A stretch of 56,979 nucleotides of DNA from Candidatus Doudnabacteria bacterium (GTDB taxonomy: Bacteria; Patescibacteriota; Doudnabacteria; UBA920; O2-02-FULL-48-8), in the NCBI GenBank assembly GCA_025450105.1, contig JANWIA010000025.1:1-56979 (forward strand). Direction: 5' to 3'. Shown here one piece after another: positions 33,390 through 42,488 of the stretch; positions within the stretch are counted from its first letter, which is position 1; each line of letters begins with the position of its first letter. The notes under the pieces are model-generated. The model did no database searches, was not told the origin of the DNA, and was given only the letters and a program-made list of their open reading frames with translations. A program made the translations under genes and the position numbers.

Positions 33390-34160
33390 TTATTTCTGCA
33401 TTGAAAGGATCAACGCGCCGTATAACCCCGCTAGTTGATCCAGTTTAGAGAGAACTATTTTCGGCACTTTTCTAGTAATCTTAAAGTTCTTCTTGATTAT
33501 ATTTTGGATCCGGGACAAAGAAATGTTTTTGTTGTGGATAATTGGCCCGCCCAGGACGATAACATCTGGCGACCAAAACGCTGCGGCATTATTAATTTCC
33601 AGGGCGATTGATTCCTCGATTTTTTTCCAGGCTTTCTTGTCCTTGAGGTTCTCCGGTTTTGTGCCAAAATGTCTTTTGATGCCTCGGCCAGAAACTAGTT
33701 CATCGTAAGAAGTAAAATTATCCCGGAGACCCAGGCGCGGTTCAAAACCAAAAGCATTAGCATCAATTTTCCCGTTAACAATTTTTGCCCCGCCAAGTCC
33801 GGTACTAAAGGTTAAATACCCGACAATCGATTTTCCTTTTCCGGCACCAATTTGCGATTCGGCAAGGCCAGCAAGGGCTGCGTCGTTTTCAATTATGACT
33901 TTTGCTTTCGCAATTTTAGCCAAAACTTTGGCAGTCGGATTTTTCCCCCAAATGCTTAACTGGCCGCGTTTGTAACGGGGAACTCCGCCAACCACTTTAT
34001 CAATCTTATTTAATCCCAATTCAGTAATCGCGGCCCGGAAAATTTGCAGGTTGCCTTGAAAAGTTTTGGCAACAGGGAAGAATAAAACTTCTTTTATTTT
34101 GTTTTTATCGGCCGAGGCAATGCGTAAATTGGTCCCGCCAAAATCAAATAGTAAATTCAT
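33390..34160 (-). CDS. ROK/glucokinase-like sugar kinase
   Basis: MNLLFDFGGTNLRIA... and a DAALAGLAE-type ATPase fold pattern. Confidence 0.75.
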   Translation of the reverse strand: MNLLFDFGGTNLRIASADKNKIKEVLFFPVAKTFQGNLQIFRAAITELGLNKIDKVVGGVPRYKRGQLSIWGKNPTAKVLAKIAKAKVIIENDAALAGLAESQIGAGKGKSIVGYLTFSTGLGGAKIVNGKIDANAFGFEPRLGLRDNFTSYDELVSGRGIKRHFGTKPENLKDKKAWKKIEESIALEINNAAAFWSPDVIVLGGPIIHNKNISLSRIQNIIKKNFKITRKVPKIVLSKLDQLAGLYGALILSMQK

Positions 34161-34226
34161 ATGTTTATTGTAGCTCTTTTTTAATCAATTACCAATTGCT
34201 ATAATTTAAGTAATTAATGTTTACCT

Positions 34227-34643
34227 ATGTATAACTTCAAACGGGCCTTGGGCTTTTCCGTTTTGGTTTATGTGACCACCTTTGTGATTGGTTTGGTTGC
34301 CGGTATCCTTGGTAAGGTCGATATGTCATCCATGGAAAACACACCTGATTATTTTTGGTATGTCGGCATGATTGTCTCGGTCGTATTGATCGCAATTTTT
34401 ACGAAACTGTATTTTAAGAGCCCAACGGTTCGACCGTCGGCTAAGAGCGGTTTGATGTTTGGTTTAACTGCCGTTGCAGTTTCCTTTCTTTTGGATTTTG
34501 CAACGTTTTCGATTGGCGGTATGGGTGACCAATTAGGAATGTACTTCGGGGATTACCGATATTGGATAATGATTGTTTTAGTAGTTTTGACGGCGAAACT
34601 TGTCGGGCATATGAAAGGCAAGGCTTCTCAAGTTTCAATGTAA
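34227..34643 (+). CDS. integral membrane protein
   Basis: 138 aa with four hydrophobic helices. Confidence 0.5.
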   Translation: MYNFKRALGFSVLVYVTTFVIGLVAGILGKVDMSSMENTPDYFWYVGMIVSVVLIAIFTKLYFKSPTVRPSAKSGLMFGLTAVAVSFLLDFATFSIGGMGDQLGMYFGDYRYWIMIVLVVLTAKLVGHMKGKASQVSM

Positions 34644-34651
34644 GCGGAAAT

Positions 34652-34682
34652 AAAAAAGACCCTCACTGTGAGGGTCTTTTTT
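34652..34682. terminator. bidirectional terminator
   Basis: aaaaaa-gaccctca/tgagggtc-tttttt, lying between convergent genes. Confidence 0.7.
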
Positions 34683-34684
34683 AT

Positions 34685-35374
34685 TTATTTCTTTGAAACG
34701 GTTGCATTTGTAAAACTATTGAGGGTACCAGTTGCGTTTAGCATGACAGTTGAATCAACCAATGAAGAGTAATCATGAACTGTCTTGAGGTAAACGTTTG
34801 TGCCGCCAGACGTAATCATATAATTACCGCGGGTAGAGCTGTCAGAATTGCGCAATGTGCCGCTAAAACTGACGTTGCCGCTTAGTGCTTCATCTGGTGC
34901 GCCACCAACGTCTTGTCCGACGCTAGATTCGGCAAAGCCCAGAAAAACAAACTGATTCAAACTTCCTTGGGCTTGCATGGTCACTTCCTGTCCAATTTGT
35001 GAACTGAAGTCGCGGGTGGTCTTGATGTAGATCATGCCCGATTGGCTGTCCAACAAAAGATTGCCGCGAGCTGGGTTATCCGAAGTTTTCAAAGTTCCTT
35101 GCGCAGTAACATTGCCGCTTGGTGCTTCGGTATCCGTACCTTCAACGTCGCCGTTGTCGACAGGGCTGTTTGGATTTTCGGAATCAGAGTTGCCGTTTGT
35201 GCTTTGTTCTTGACCGTTTTGATTTTGATTATTTGAACCGTTTTGATTTTGGTCACCCCGGGTGGAAAAAAAGACGATTGCCGCGATGACAATGATCGCT
35301 AAAATGATCCATGTCTGCGCGCTTTGGAAAATACCCATGTTTTTGTTTTGGTTGTCATTTTGATCCATGTTCAA
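34685..35374 (-). CDS. anchored N/Q/G-rich protein with an internally duplicated domain of about 60 aa
   Basis: TM helix, then a low-complexity NQNGQ tract. GTLKTSDNPARGNLLL...IYIKTTRDFSS is repeated as GTLRNSDSSTRGNYMI...VYLKTVHDYSS. Confidence 0.55.
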   Translation of the reverse strand: MNMDQNDNQNKNMGIFQSAQTWIILAIIVIAAIVFFSTRGDQNQNGSNNQNQNGQEQSTNGNSDSENPNSPVDNGDVEGTDTEAPSGNVTAQGTLKTSDNPARGNLLLDSQSGMIYIKTTRDFSSQIGQEVTMQAQGSLNQFVFLGFAESSVGQDVGGAPDEALSGNVSFSGTLRNSDSSTRGNYMITSGGTNVYLKTVHDYSSLVDSTVMLNATGTLNSFTNATVSKK

Positions 35375-35497
35375 TAATCCTGTAATTAATTGTAAGGTGC
35401 AAAGGCACAGCAGTAGTATATCACGATGGATATGTGGAAAACTAAATTGATGTCAATAAAAAAACACCTGGGTTTTGTCCCAGGTGTTTTTTAAAAT

Positions 35498-35755
35498 TTA
35501 AAAGAGAAGATTGAGGATCAGGAGCAGGATTACTGCGCCAATAACGGAAGTAATGAAGCTGACCATGGATGATGGTCGTTCCGCTCCAGGCGAGCCGCCC
35601 ATGCCCATTTTGTCCGCCAACCAGCCGCCCAAAAACGCCCCGATGATACCAACTACTATGTTTCCAGCAATGCCAAAGCGGGCATCATCGCCAACGATCA
35701 TTGTCGCCAGCCAACCAGCCAAACCTCCGAAAATGATCCAGATAATAAAATTCAT
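35498..35755 (-). CDS. GlsB/YeaQ/YmgE family (transglycosylase-associated) membrane protein
   Basis: IIFGGLAGWLA...GIIGAFLGGWL glycine-zipper pattern, 85 aa. Confidence 0.85.
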   Translation of the reverse strand: MNFIIWIIFGGLAGWLATMIVGDDARFGIAGNIVVGIIGAFLGGWLADKMGMGGSPGAERPSSMVSFITSVIGAVILLLILNLLF

Positions 35756-35843
35756 ATTTTTCCTGTTAATTATATAAAAAAATCATACGCCAGCAAATGA
35801 ACCATAGCAATTAGACAAAATGATGAAAGATTTTTGGCAAAGT

Positions 35844-35875
35844 AAAAGGGGAGTTTGCACGGATGCAAACTCCCC
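35844..35875 (-). terminator. rho-independent terminator of cassette F
   Basis: Perfect 12-bp stem ggggagtttgca/tgcaaactcccc, followed by a T-run on the minus strand. Confidence 0.75.
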
Positions 35876-35883
35876 GGTAGCCG

Positions 35884-36240
35884 TCACTGTTGGGCTTCTT
35901 TCCACTGCGGCCGCAGACGAAAGGTTTCGGCCAGCATCTTTGCGATCAGTCCGGTGAAGCCGAAGCTCGAGAAGAACGCGAGAACGATGCAGGCCATGAG
36001 AGCTACAACGCCCTGCTTCCAGTTGATGGCAAGGTTCAGCCAGCCGTAGATCAGGACCGTCCCTGCGGTGATGGTACCGCAGATCCAACCGAGTCGGGTA
36101 CCGTCGTCCATCAGTTGATCCATCATAATGAACTTGTAGCCGCGTCTGCGGTTGTAGCGCAGTTCGGCGTTGACGGTGATGAGTGCGCAGAGCACGGAGA
36201 CGAGGATTGTTGCCAGAAAAGCCTCAAGCGTAGGGGTCAT
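35884..36240 (-). CDS. ORFan membrane protein (cassette F)
   Basis: ATG 36240 is preceded by GGAGAT, with AGGAGG further upstream. 118 aa, three or four hydrophobic helices. Looks G+C-rich by eye. Confidence 0.5.
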   Translation of the reverse strand: MTPTLEAFLATILVSVLCALITVNAELRYNRRRGYKFIMMDQLMDDGTRLGWICGTITAGTVLIYGWLNLAINWKQGVVALMACIVLAFFSSFGFTGLIAKMLAETFRLRPQWKEAQQ

Positions 36241-36361
36241 AACATCTCCATAATGGGTAAACTTCCTCCTGTGAAATCTGACTGAACATATTACCTCAAG
36301 ATGGCCCAAATGTCAATATTAAAAGCCTTAGGTTTATCCAAGGCTTTTAACTGAACAATTA

Positions 36362-36553
36362 CTATTCCAACTCCGTAACTCTGTGGTTGAGTATCGAAAC
36401 TTCGGACTTGAGATCGCTGGTACTTTTAGAATAATTGTCGACGGCTGTTTTAAGCGAACTAAAGTCCTGTCTTAAATCTTCAAAATCGTCTTTCGTGGGG
36501 AAGACTTCTTTTTCTGCTTCTATTATCCTTTTGATGTCATTAGGTGTCAGCAT
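36362..36553 (-). CDS. small coiled-coil protein related in style to the 11865 repeat protein
   Basis: 63 aa. Contains TKDDFEDLRQDF and a C-terminal LNHRVTELE. Confidence 0.5.
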   Translation of the reverse strand: MLTPNDIKRIIEAEKEVFPTKDDFEDLRQDFSSLKTAVDNYSKSTSDLKSEVSILNHRVTELE

Positions 36554-36629
36554 AGGAACATTGTTAATGATAAGTTTAAATCGTAATTTAATACCTTAAC
36601 ATCGTCAATATTATTTGATGTGGAAAACT

Positions 36630-37127
36630 TTAGAACGAGCCTTCGTCGCCGGATGGGCCGTAGATTGATGGAACCTTAAGACCATTTAGGCGCAAATAAA
36701 CTGTCAGTTGGCCGCGGTGATGAACCCAGTGGTTGAGTGAAGACATAATACTGTCGCCAGTCGGTTGGCTAAACAAAAGTTTGCCGCTCATTTTAAGTTC
36801 AAACGGTTTGGTCATCTGCTCGTCGCTTACAGAAGATAAAGCCTTTCGGGCCATTGCCATGCACTCGTCAAAATGCGACGACATGTCCGCGGTATTTTTT
36901 GCGGTGAATCGGGGATAGGTTGCAAAATCGATAACGCCTTGCTCGATGGTCAGGGCAATCCACTGAGGGATTTCGGCTGACATCAAAACCAAACTGCCCA
37001 GGTTCATGGATTTTTCGTGCGGCTTAAAGTCGTATGCCGTTTCCGGAACCGCTTCGATACACTTTTTTGTTGCCGTGTATTCGCTTTCCAATTCGGCCAA
37101 ATATATCTGGCCCAAAGTTTTGTTCAT
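36630..37127 (-). CDS. DinB-family (four-helix bundle, metal-binding) protein
   Basis: ...HWVHHRGQLTVYLRLNG C-terminal signature, 165 aa. Confidence 0.8.
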   Translation of the reverse strand: MNKTLGQIYLAELESEYTATKKCIEAVPETAYDFKPHEKSMNLGSLVLMSAEIPQWIALTIEQGVIDFATYPRFTAKNTADMSSHFDECMAMARKALSSVSDEQMTKPFELKMSGKLLFSQPTGDSIMSSLNHWVHHRGQLTVYLRLNGLKVPSIYGPSGDEGSF

Positions 37128-37202
37128 ATGTTTAAGGTTAATTGCATAATTATTATGAAATATTAAATCGATAATGTAAATATAAACCCAGACAATCTGG
37201 AT

Positions 37203-39539
37203 TTAGTGCATACTCAATTCTCTTACTTTTTGGTTTTGCAACCACGAAACAAACTCACTGGCCTCAAGCGGTTTGCACATCAAAAAACCTTGTCCCATTT
37301 CGCAACCGATTTCCTTTAGCAACTCCTTTTGCTGGGTGGTTTCAATCCCTTCGGCACAAACCTTAAGTCCCAAGGCTTTGCCCATGGAAATAATTGTTTT
37401 TATGATTGTTTCGTCATGCTTGTCATAAATTACATCGTGGACAAAACTTTTATCAATTTTAATTTTTTTGACTTTCAAACCTTTTATGTTGCTTAACGAG
37501 GAATAGCCGGTACCAAAATCATCCATGGTCAGAGAGATTCCCATTTCCGCCAGTTCCGACAAATGTTGGTTTGTATAAGCCTTGTTTTCCATGGCCACTG
37601 TTTCCGTAATTTCCAATTCCAAATCGGTTGGTTTAAGATCGTGGCGGCCCAGTGCTGCGGCAATCGTCCCCGCTAAATTACTGCTATAGAATTGCAGCAG
37701 TGATAAATTGACCGAAATTGGCAAATTGATTCCAACCATTTTCCATTGTCGGGCTTGCTGGCAGGCGCGGTTCATAACCCAATTTCCGATTGGGATAATG
37801 TGCCCGCTCTCTTCGGCAATCCCAATAAACTGGTTTGGTTCCAGCAATCCGAATTGCGGATGATTCCATCGAATTAACGCCTCGACCCCCATGATCTTAT
37901 CAGTCTTAAGATCAACGTATGGTTGGTAAACTAAATGCATCTCCTGATTTTCCACTGCTTTGCGCAGCGCTTGCTCCAGCGATATTTTGGTGTGCAGCTG
38001 ATGCTTCATTTCCTGGTTGTAGAATTGGTAGCAATTTTTCCCCTTGTCCTTTGCCCGGTACAAAGCCATGTCCGCGCATTTAAGCAATGTATCCAAATCC
38101 TCGCCAGCTTCAGGGAAAATCGCCACGCCAACGCTCGTTCGCAGCGGCACAATGTGGTCGCCGACCTTCACTGGCTTAGCGGCAATTGTCTGTAAAATTT
38201 TACTGGCAACGGTTTCGATTTCTGTTTCTGAATTTACCTCACCCAAAACGATAATGAATTCATCACCGCCGAAGCGGGCAACAGTATCTATGGCGCGAAC
38301 TGAATTCTTTAAGCGGTTGGCAATTTTTCTTAAGACATCATCGCCCACGCTGTGACCCAAAGTGTCGTTAATTGTTTTAAATTGATCCAGATCTAAAAAT
38401 AATAACCCCAACTTTTGGTCGTGGCGAATGGCCATCGATCTGGCCAGATCGAACCGTTCTTCCAACGCCTTGCGGTTTTGCAGGCCAGTTAAGCCATCAT
38501 GAAGCGCGTGTTGCCGGATCGTTTCCAAAGCATCTTCCAGTTGTTTAATGTGATTTTGTAAAGTTTGGGTAACATTTTTTCTTTCGTTTGAGACTGTTGC
38601 TAGAATATAGTAAATGGCACACAAAATTAAAGTGAACAATTCGATTTGCATTAACCGTCGCCCCAAAGCATCGCCTTCAAATGTAAGCTTGCCGTAAAAT
38701 AATCCTGCGACCTCGACAACAGTAACGAGGAATAAGGATAGGGTAATGTACCGGGAGTGGAACCTTAAGCTCAGCCAAAATAATGGCAGAAGCAAAAAAT
38801 AAACCAGGCTGATGCCAAGTACGCTTGATTTGCCTAACCAAAACATCGAGTATGTGGTAACACCAAGCAATGCGTAAACAGCTAACCCTTCAAGGAAATC
38901 TTTTTTCTGGAATTTCGGTCTCACACCCCACCAGCTTGTGATAAGTGGGGTGATCAAAACAATACTGATTAGACCACCTAACCAAACCGTCAGGAAACGC
39001 GTGTAGGCAAAGGACCACTCATAGTTGTAGAAAAGCACACCTGTTGCTTGGGTAAACAATGGACCGATCCCGGAAATAAAAAAAGCGACCATGAATAACA
39101 ATAGAGTGTCGCGTAATCGTGATAATGATTGGCTAAACTGAAAGCGCTTTAAAATGTAAGTTGCGGTAAATGCTTGGAGAGTATGGCCGATACCGCCAGG
39201 GATTGCCAGGCCGATTGGCGAGCTGTTGATGATGCTGTTGGTCAACGCTGCCAATATTATTGCGGGCCAGAGCCTGAACCCTCCCAAAAATAAGCCGGCC
39301 ACCGCAATACCGGCCGGCGGCCAAATCAAAGCCTGCCCGTTGTTTGTGGCAAAAAACAAAGTGCTGCCCAGGCGGGCTGTAAGTAGATAAGCGAAAAATA
39401 GAATGCCAAATTTTAAGACATACACTCGGTATTCTTTACCGTGTGAAGCAAATTGGTTTCTAGCTCGATTTTTGACTTGGGAGAGGAAAGTACTTAGCAT
39501 CGATAGTAAAAGGATATTTGCTTCATTAAATACTGTCAA
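37203..39539 (-). CDS. membrane-sensor (MASE1-like) GGDEF-EAL c-di-GMP signalling protein
   Basis: About 300 aa of polytopic N-terminus, then RFGGDEFIIVL (GGDEF) and EALIRW...DDFGTGYSS...KIDKSF (EAL). Confidence 0.9.
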   Translation of the reverse strand: MTVFNEANILLLSMLSTFLSQVKNRARNQFASHGKEYRVYVLKFGILFFAYLLTARLGSTLFFATNNGQALIWPPAGIAVAGLFLGGFRLWPAIILAALTNSIINSSPIGLAIPGGIGHTLQAFTATYILKRFQFSQSLSRLRDTLLLFMVAFFISGIGPLFTQATGVLFYNYEWSFAYTRFLTVWLGGLISIVLITPLITSWWGVRPKFQKKDFLEGLAVYALLGVTTYSMFWLGKSSVLGISLVYFLLLPLFWLSLRFHSRYITLSLFLVTVVEVAGLFYGKLTFEGDALGRRLMQIELFTLILCAIYYILATVSNERKNVTQTLQNHIKQLEDALETIRQHALHDGLTGLQNRKALEERFDLARSMAIRHDQKLGLLFLDLDQFKTINDTLGHSVGDDVLRKIANRLKNSVRAIDTVARFGGDEFIIVLGEVNSETEIETVASKILQTIAAKPVKVGDHIVPLRTSVGVAIFPEAGEDLDTLLKCADMALYRAKDKGKNCYQFYNQEMKHQLHTKISLEQALRKAVENQEMHLVYQPYVDLKTDKIMGVEALIRWNHPQFGLLEPNQFIGIAEESGHIIPIGNWVMNRACQQARQWKMVGINLPISVNLSLLQFYSSNLAGTIAAALGRHDLKPTDLELEITETVAMENKAYTNQHLSELAEMGISLTMDDFGTGYSSLSNIKGLKVKKIKIDKSFVHDVIYDKHDETIIKTIISMGKALGLKVCAEGIETTQQKELLKEIGCEMGQGFLMCKPLEASEFVSWLQNQKVRELSMH

Positions 39540-39614
39540 TGTTCAACAGTTACATTGCTGTTTTCCTAACAAAAAAAGACTTCCCTAAAGAACTTTTTTT
39601 CGAGGTTTGGGGGT

Positions 39615-39643
39615 TTGACAACTGACCTGAAATGCCATATTCT
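39615..39643 (+). promoter_or_regulatory. promoter TTGACA-17-TATTCT for cassette G
   Basis: Hexamers at 39615-39620 and 39638-39643. Confidence 0.5.
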
Positions 39644-39683
39644 TAGCTATTGAAATGCGGCGTCCATGTCTAAGGAGGCTTGA

Positions 39684-40076
39684 GTGACTGGTGAGCAACA
39701 CATACACGATGGGTACTTCGTAGCACCCGGGACAAAGATCCCGATCAGCCAGATCCAATCTACACGCGTTCAGATCAATCCACTGGCCTGGATACTTGTC
39801 ATCGTCGAGTTGTTTTTGGTGATTAACGTCATCGTCAACCTCGTGGCGATGACAGGTGAAGGGGTCACAGAAGACATCACATCTATGCTCTGGGGTCGCA
39901 TCATCGGCCTGTTCCTAGTCATGGCTGTCATCGACTTTGTTCGGACGGCACCGTTCCTGAACAAACTAATCGTCCAGACGGCGCAGCAGACATATACTCT
40001 GCCGTTCCGTAAGAAACGGGCGCAAGAAATGACAAACCAGATCCGGCAGGCGATGGCCGAAACTCCGGAGGGCTAA
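39684..40076 (+). CDS. ORFan two-helix membrane protein (cassette G)
   Basis: GTG start 6 nt after TAAGGAGG. 130 aa, with a terminator after. Confidence 0.5.
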   Translation: MTGEQHIHDGYFVAPGTKIPISQIQSTRVQINPLAWILVIVELFLVINVIVNLVAMTGEGVTEDITSMLWGRIIGLFLVMAVIDFVRTAPFLNKLIVQTAQQTYTLPFRKKRAQEMTNQIRQAMAETPEG

Positions 40077-40129
40077 AGCAACAATCCCTTGATGGGAAGC
40101 AAGAGGGAATTAGTGAATGGAGGTCCACT

Positions 40130-40178
40130 GACCGTATTAGAAAAGATCGTTACCTTTTCCAATACGGTCTTTTCTTTT
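40130..40178 (+). terminator. rho-independent terminator
   Basis: gaccgtatt...aatacggtc stem followed by ttttctttt. Confidence 0.65.
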
Positions 40179-40212
40179 GCCAAACATACTTAATAATTAT
40201 TTAAAGGGATTA

Positions 40213-40241
40213 TTGAAACTAACTCATAAATTTAATATACT
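40213..40241 (+). promoter_or_regulatory. promoter TTGAAA-17-TATACT for tRNA-Glu
   Basis: Hexamers at 40213-40218 and 40236-40241, 12 nt before the tRNA 5' end. Confidence 0.55.
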
Positions 40242-40253
40242 ATCTCAAGCACT

Positions 40254-40328
40254 GGCCCTATCGTCTAACGGTTAGGACATAGCGTTCTCAACGCTAGAAT
40301 CAGGGTTCGATTCCCTGTGGGGTCACCA
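40254..40328 (+). tRNA. tRNA-Glu (CUC), CCA encoded
   Basis: GGCCCTATCGTCTAACGGTTAGGACATAGCGTTCTCAACGCTA...CAGGGTTCGATTCCCTGTGGGGTCACCA. Confidence 0.9.
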
Positions 40329-40335
40329 ACAAAGC

Positions 40336-40359
40336 ACATCACTTGAAGTGGTGTTTTTT
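40336..40359 (+). terminator. terminator after tRNA-Glu
   Basis: acatcact/agtggtgt stem (one G-U pair) followed by tttttt. Confidence 0.6.
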
Positions 40360-40410
40360 GTTTGCTTTTAGGTAGTGTAAATTAAGCAAAAGGGATATAA
40401 TTAAGAGGAT

Positions 40411-41598
40411 ATGGACCAAGCTTCAAACGATACAAAATTCAAGCTGCCGGAAGGGTTTTTGTTAGGGGCGGCGTCGGCAGCGCATCAGGTGGAAGGGAAT
40501 AATTTTAATAATGATTGGTGGCATTACGAGCAGCAAGATCGGTTGCCAAAATCGGGCAAGGCGACTGATCATTATAATCGGTACGAGGAAGATTTTTTGT
40601 TGGCCAAGAATATGGGCCTCAATACCATGCGCATCTCAATCGAATGGAGTCGCATTGAGCCGATCGAAAACAAATGGGACGCAACGGCAATTGAACACTA
40701 CCGCAAGGTTTTACTGAAGATGAAGGAGCTTGGATTGACTCGCATTGTCACTTTGCATCATTTTACATTGCCGATGTGGCTGGCAGACAAAGGCGGCTTT
40801 GAAAATTCCCACGGTGCCGCAGCGTTTGCGCGCTTTGCCTGGTTTGTGGCTTCAAATTTGGGACAGGAGGTTGATTACTGGGTCACGATTAATGAACCGG
40901 AAGTTTATGCAGGCCTAAGTTACAATCATGGCAAGTGGCCGCCGTTCAAGAAAAATCTGTGGACCATGATCCGTGTTTTTCATAATTTAATGCATGCACA
41001 TCGGTCGGCGTTTAAATCGATCCGCGAAGTTTTGCCAGGCGCCATGATTGGCCTTGCAAAAAATAATGTTGATTACGAAGCTTACCGCAAAGGGAATTTT
41101 TTTGACAATCTTTTGGTTAAACTGTTTAAATATTTCGGCAACGAATATTTTTTGAATCGAATAAAGGATCATTTGGATTTCATTGGGCTTAATTATTATT
41201 TCTCCCACACTTTAAAATTTACTTGGCGTGGTCCAAGAAAAATGAACCACGAAGTGCCAAAGTCCGATATGGGTTGGGCGACTTATCCGCCCGGGCTCTA
41301 TCATTTATTGCTCGATCTAAAAAAATACAATAAACCAGTTATTGTTACGGAAAATGGCATTGCAAATGCCCGCGACGACATGCGCCAGGATTTCATTCGC
41401 CAACATTTGGAATCCATGGCTCGGGCAGCAACAGAAGGTGTTGATGTAAAAGGATATTGCTATTGGTCGCTGACTGACACATACGAGTGGCACGATGGGT
41501 TTAACCCAAAATTCGGATTAGTGGAAGTAAACCTCGAAACAATGGAACGAAAAGTTCGGGGTAGCGCTGACATTTTTAAGCAAATCAAGAACCAATGA
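40411..41598 (+). CDS. GH1 family beta-glucosidase
   Basis: FLLGAASAAHQVEGN, TINEPEV (acid/base) and VIVTENGIA (nucleophile). Confidence 0.92.
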   Translation: MDQASNDTKFKLPEGFLLGAASAAHQVEGNNFNNDWWHYEQQDRLPKSGKATDHYNRYEEDFLLAKNMGLNTMRISIEWSRIEPIENKWDATAIEHYRKVLLKMKELGLTRIVTLHHFTLPMWLADKGGFENSHGAAAFARFAWFVASNLGQEVDYWVTINEPEVYAGLSYNHGKWPPFKKNLWTMIRVFHNLMHAHRSAFKSIREVLPGAMIGLAKNNVDYEAYRKGNFFDNLLVKLFKYFGNEYFLNRIKDHLDFIGLNYYFSHTLKFTWRGPRKMNHEVPKSDMGWATYPPGLYHLLLDLKKYNKPVIVTENGIANARDDMRQDFIRQHLESMARAATEGVDVKGYCYWSLTDTYEWHDGFNPKFGLVEVNLETMERKVRGSADIFKQIKNQ

Positions 41599-42488
41599 CC
41601 ACCTGGATTCTCTACGCCATAATTGCGTATATCCTGTTTGCGCTAAACGGCATTGCCGATAAATTTTTATTGACACACGTTGAACGGCATCCGATCGTTT
41701 TTGTATTTTATACATCGATTACCGGACCGTTTTTATTTTTATTGGCGCCTTTTGGGTTGCAATGGCTTTCGTTTAGTACTTTAATTGTCGCAATCTTTGG
41801 CGGTGCGTCATTTGCCATTGGTTTGTATTTTTTATATTCTGCTACGCAAAAAACTTCTGTTTCACGTATCCTGCCGATCCAAGGGGGCATGATTCCATTG
41901 TTTACATTAGTCCTGGCTTATTTTTTACTTAACGAACGACTAAATTTGATTCAGAATATTGCTTTTTTGCTGCTGGTTTCCGGTGCGGTTTTGATGTCAT
42001 TTAAACGCGATAACAGCGGCTGGCACTCAAAAGCGTTAACCGAAGCGGTGATTGCAGCTTTATTGTTTGCCATATCCTTAGTTTTAACAAAATTTATTTA
42101 TATTCAAAGCAATTTCATTTCCGGTATTGTTTGGACCCGACTCGGATTCTTTTTGGTCGCCGTTGGGATTTTATTGTCTAAAACTTGGCGCGGATACATT
42201 TTTGCTGCACCAGGCAAGGCCAAAGCAAAAAATATTGCCCTTTATTATGCAGCCCGACTTAATGGTGGCTTGGCTGGATTGTTGCAAAACTATGCCATTT
42301 CCATAGGCAGCGTGACTATAGTTAATGCGCTGCAAGGCGTACAGTTTACTTTTTTGTTAGCCATGACCGTGATTCTTTCCACGTATTTCCCGAATGTTCT
42401 CAAGGAAAAAATCACGGGTACGATTCTGATTCAAAAATTCATTGCCATCATCTTAATTACATCCGGTTTGGTAATGCTAACAAAATGA
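41595..42488 (+). CDS. EamA/DMT-family transporter
   Basis: About 10 TM helices in a two-fold repeat. ATGA overlaps with both neighbours. Confidence 0.8.
   Translation: MTTWILYAIIAYILFALNGIADKFLLTHVERHPIVFVFYTSITGPFLFLLAPFGLQWLSFSTLIVAIFGGASFAIGLYFLYSATQKTSVSRILPIQGGMIPLFTLVLAYFLLNERLNLIQNIAFLLLVSGAVLMSFKRDNSGWHSKALTEAVIAALLFAISLVLTKFIYIQSNFISGIVWTRLGFFLVAVGILLSKTWRGYIFAAPGKAKAKNIALYYAARLNGGLAGLLQNYAISIGSVTIVNALQGVQFTFLLAMTVILSTYFPNVLKEKITGTILIQKFIAIILITSGLVMLTK

Noticed and set aside
35890-36285. 131-aa plus-strand ORF opposite cassette F
   Set aside because: The minus-strand frame gives coherent TM helices, has SD elements and is followed by a perfect terminator on that strand.
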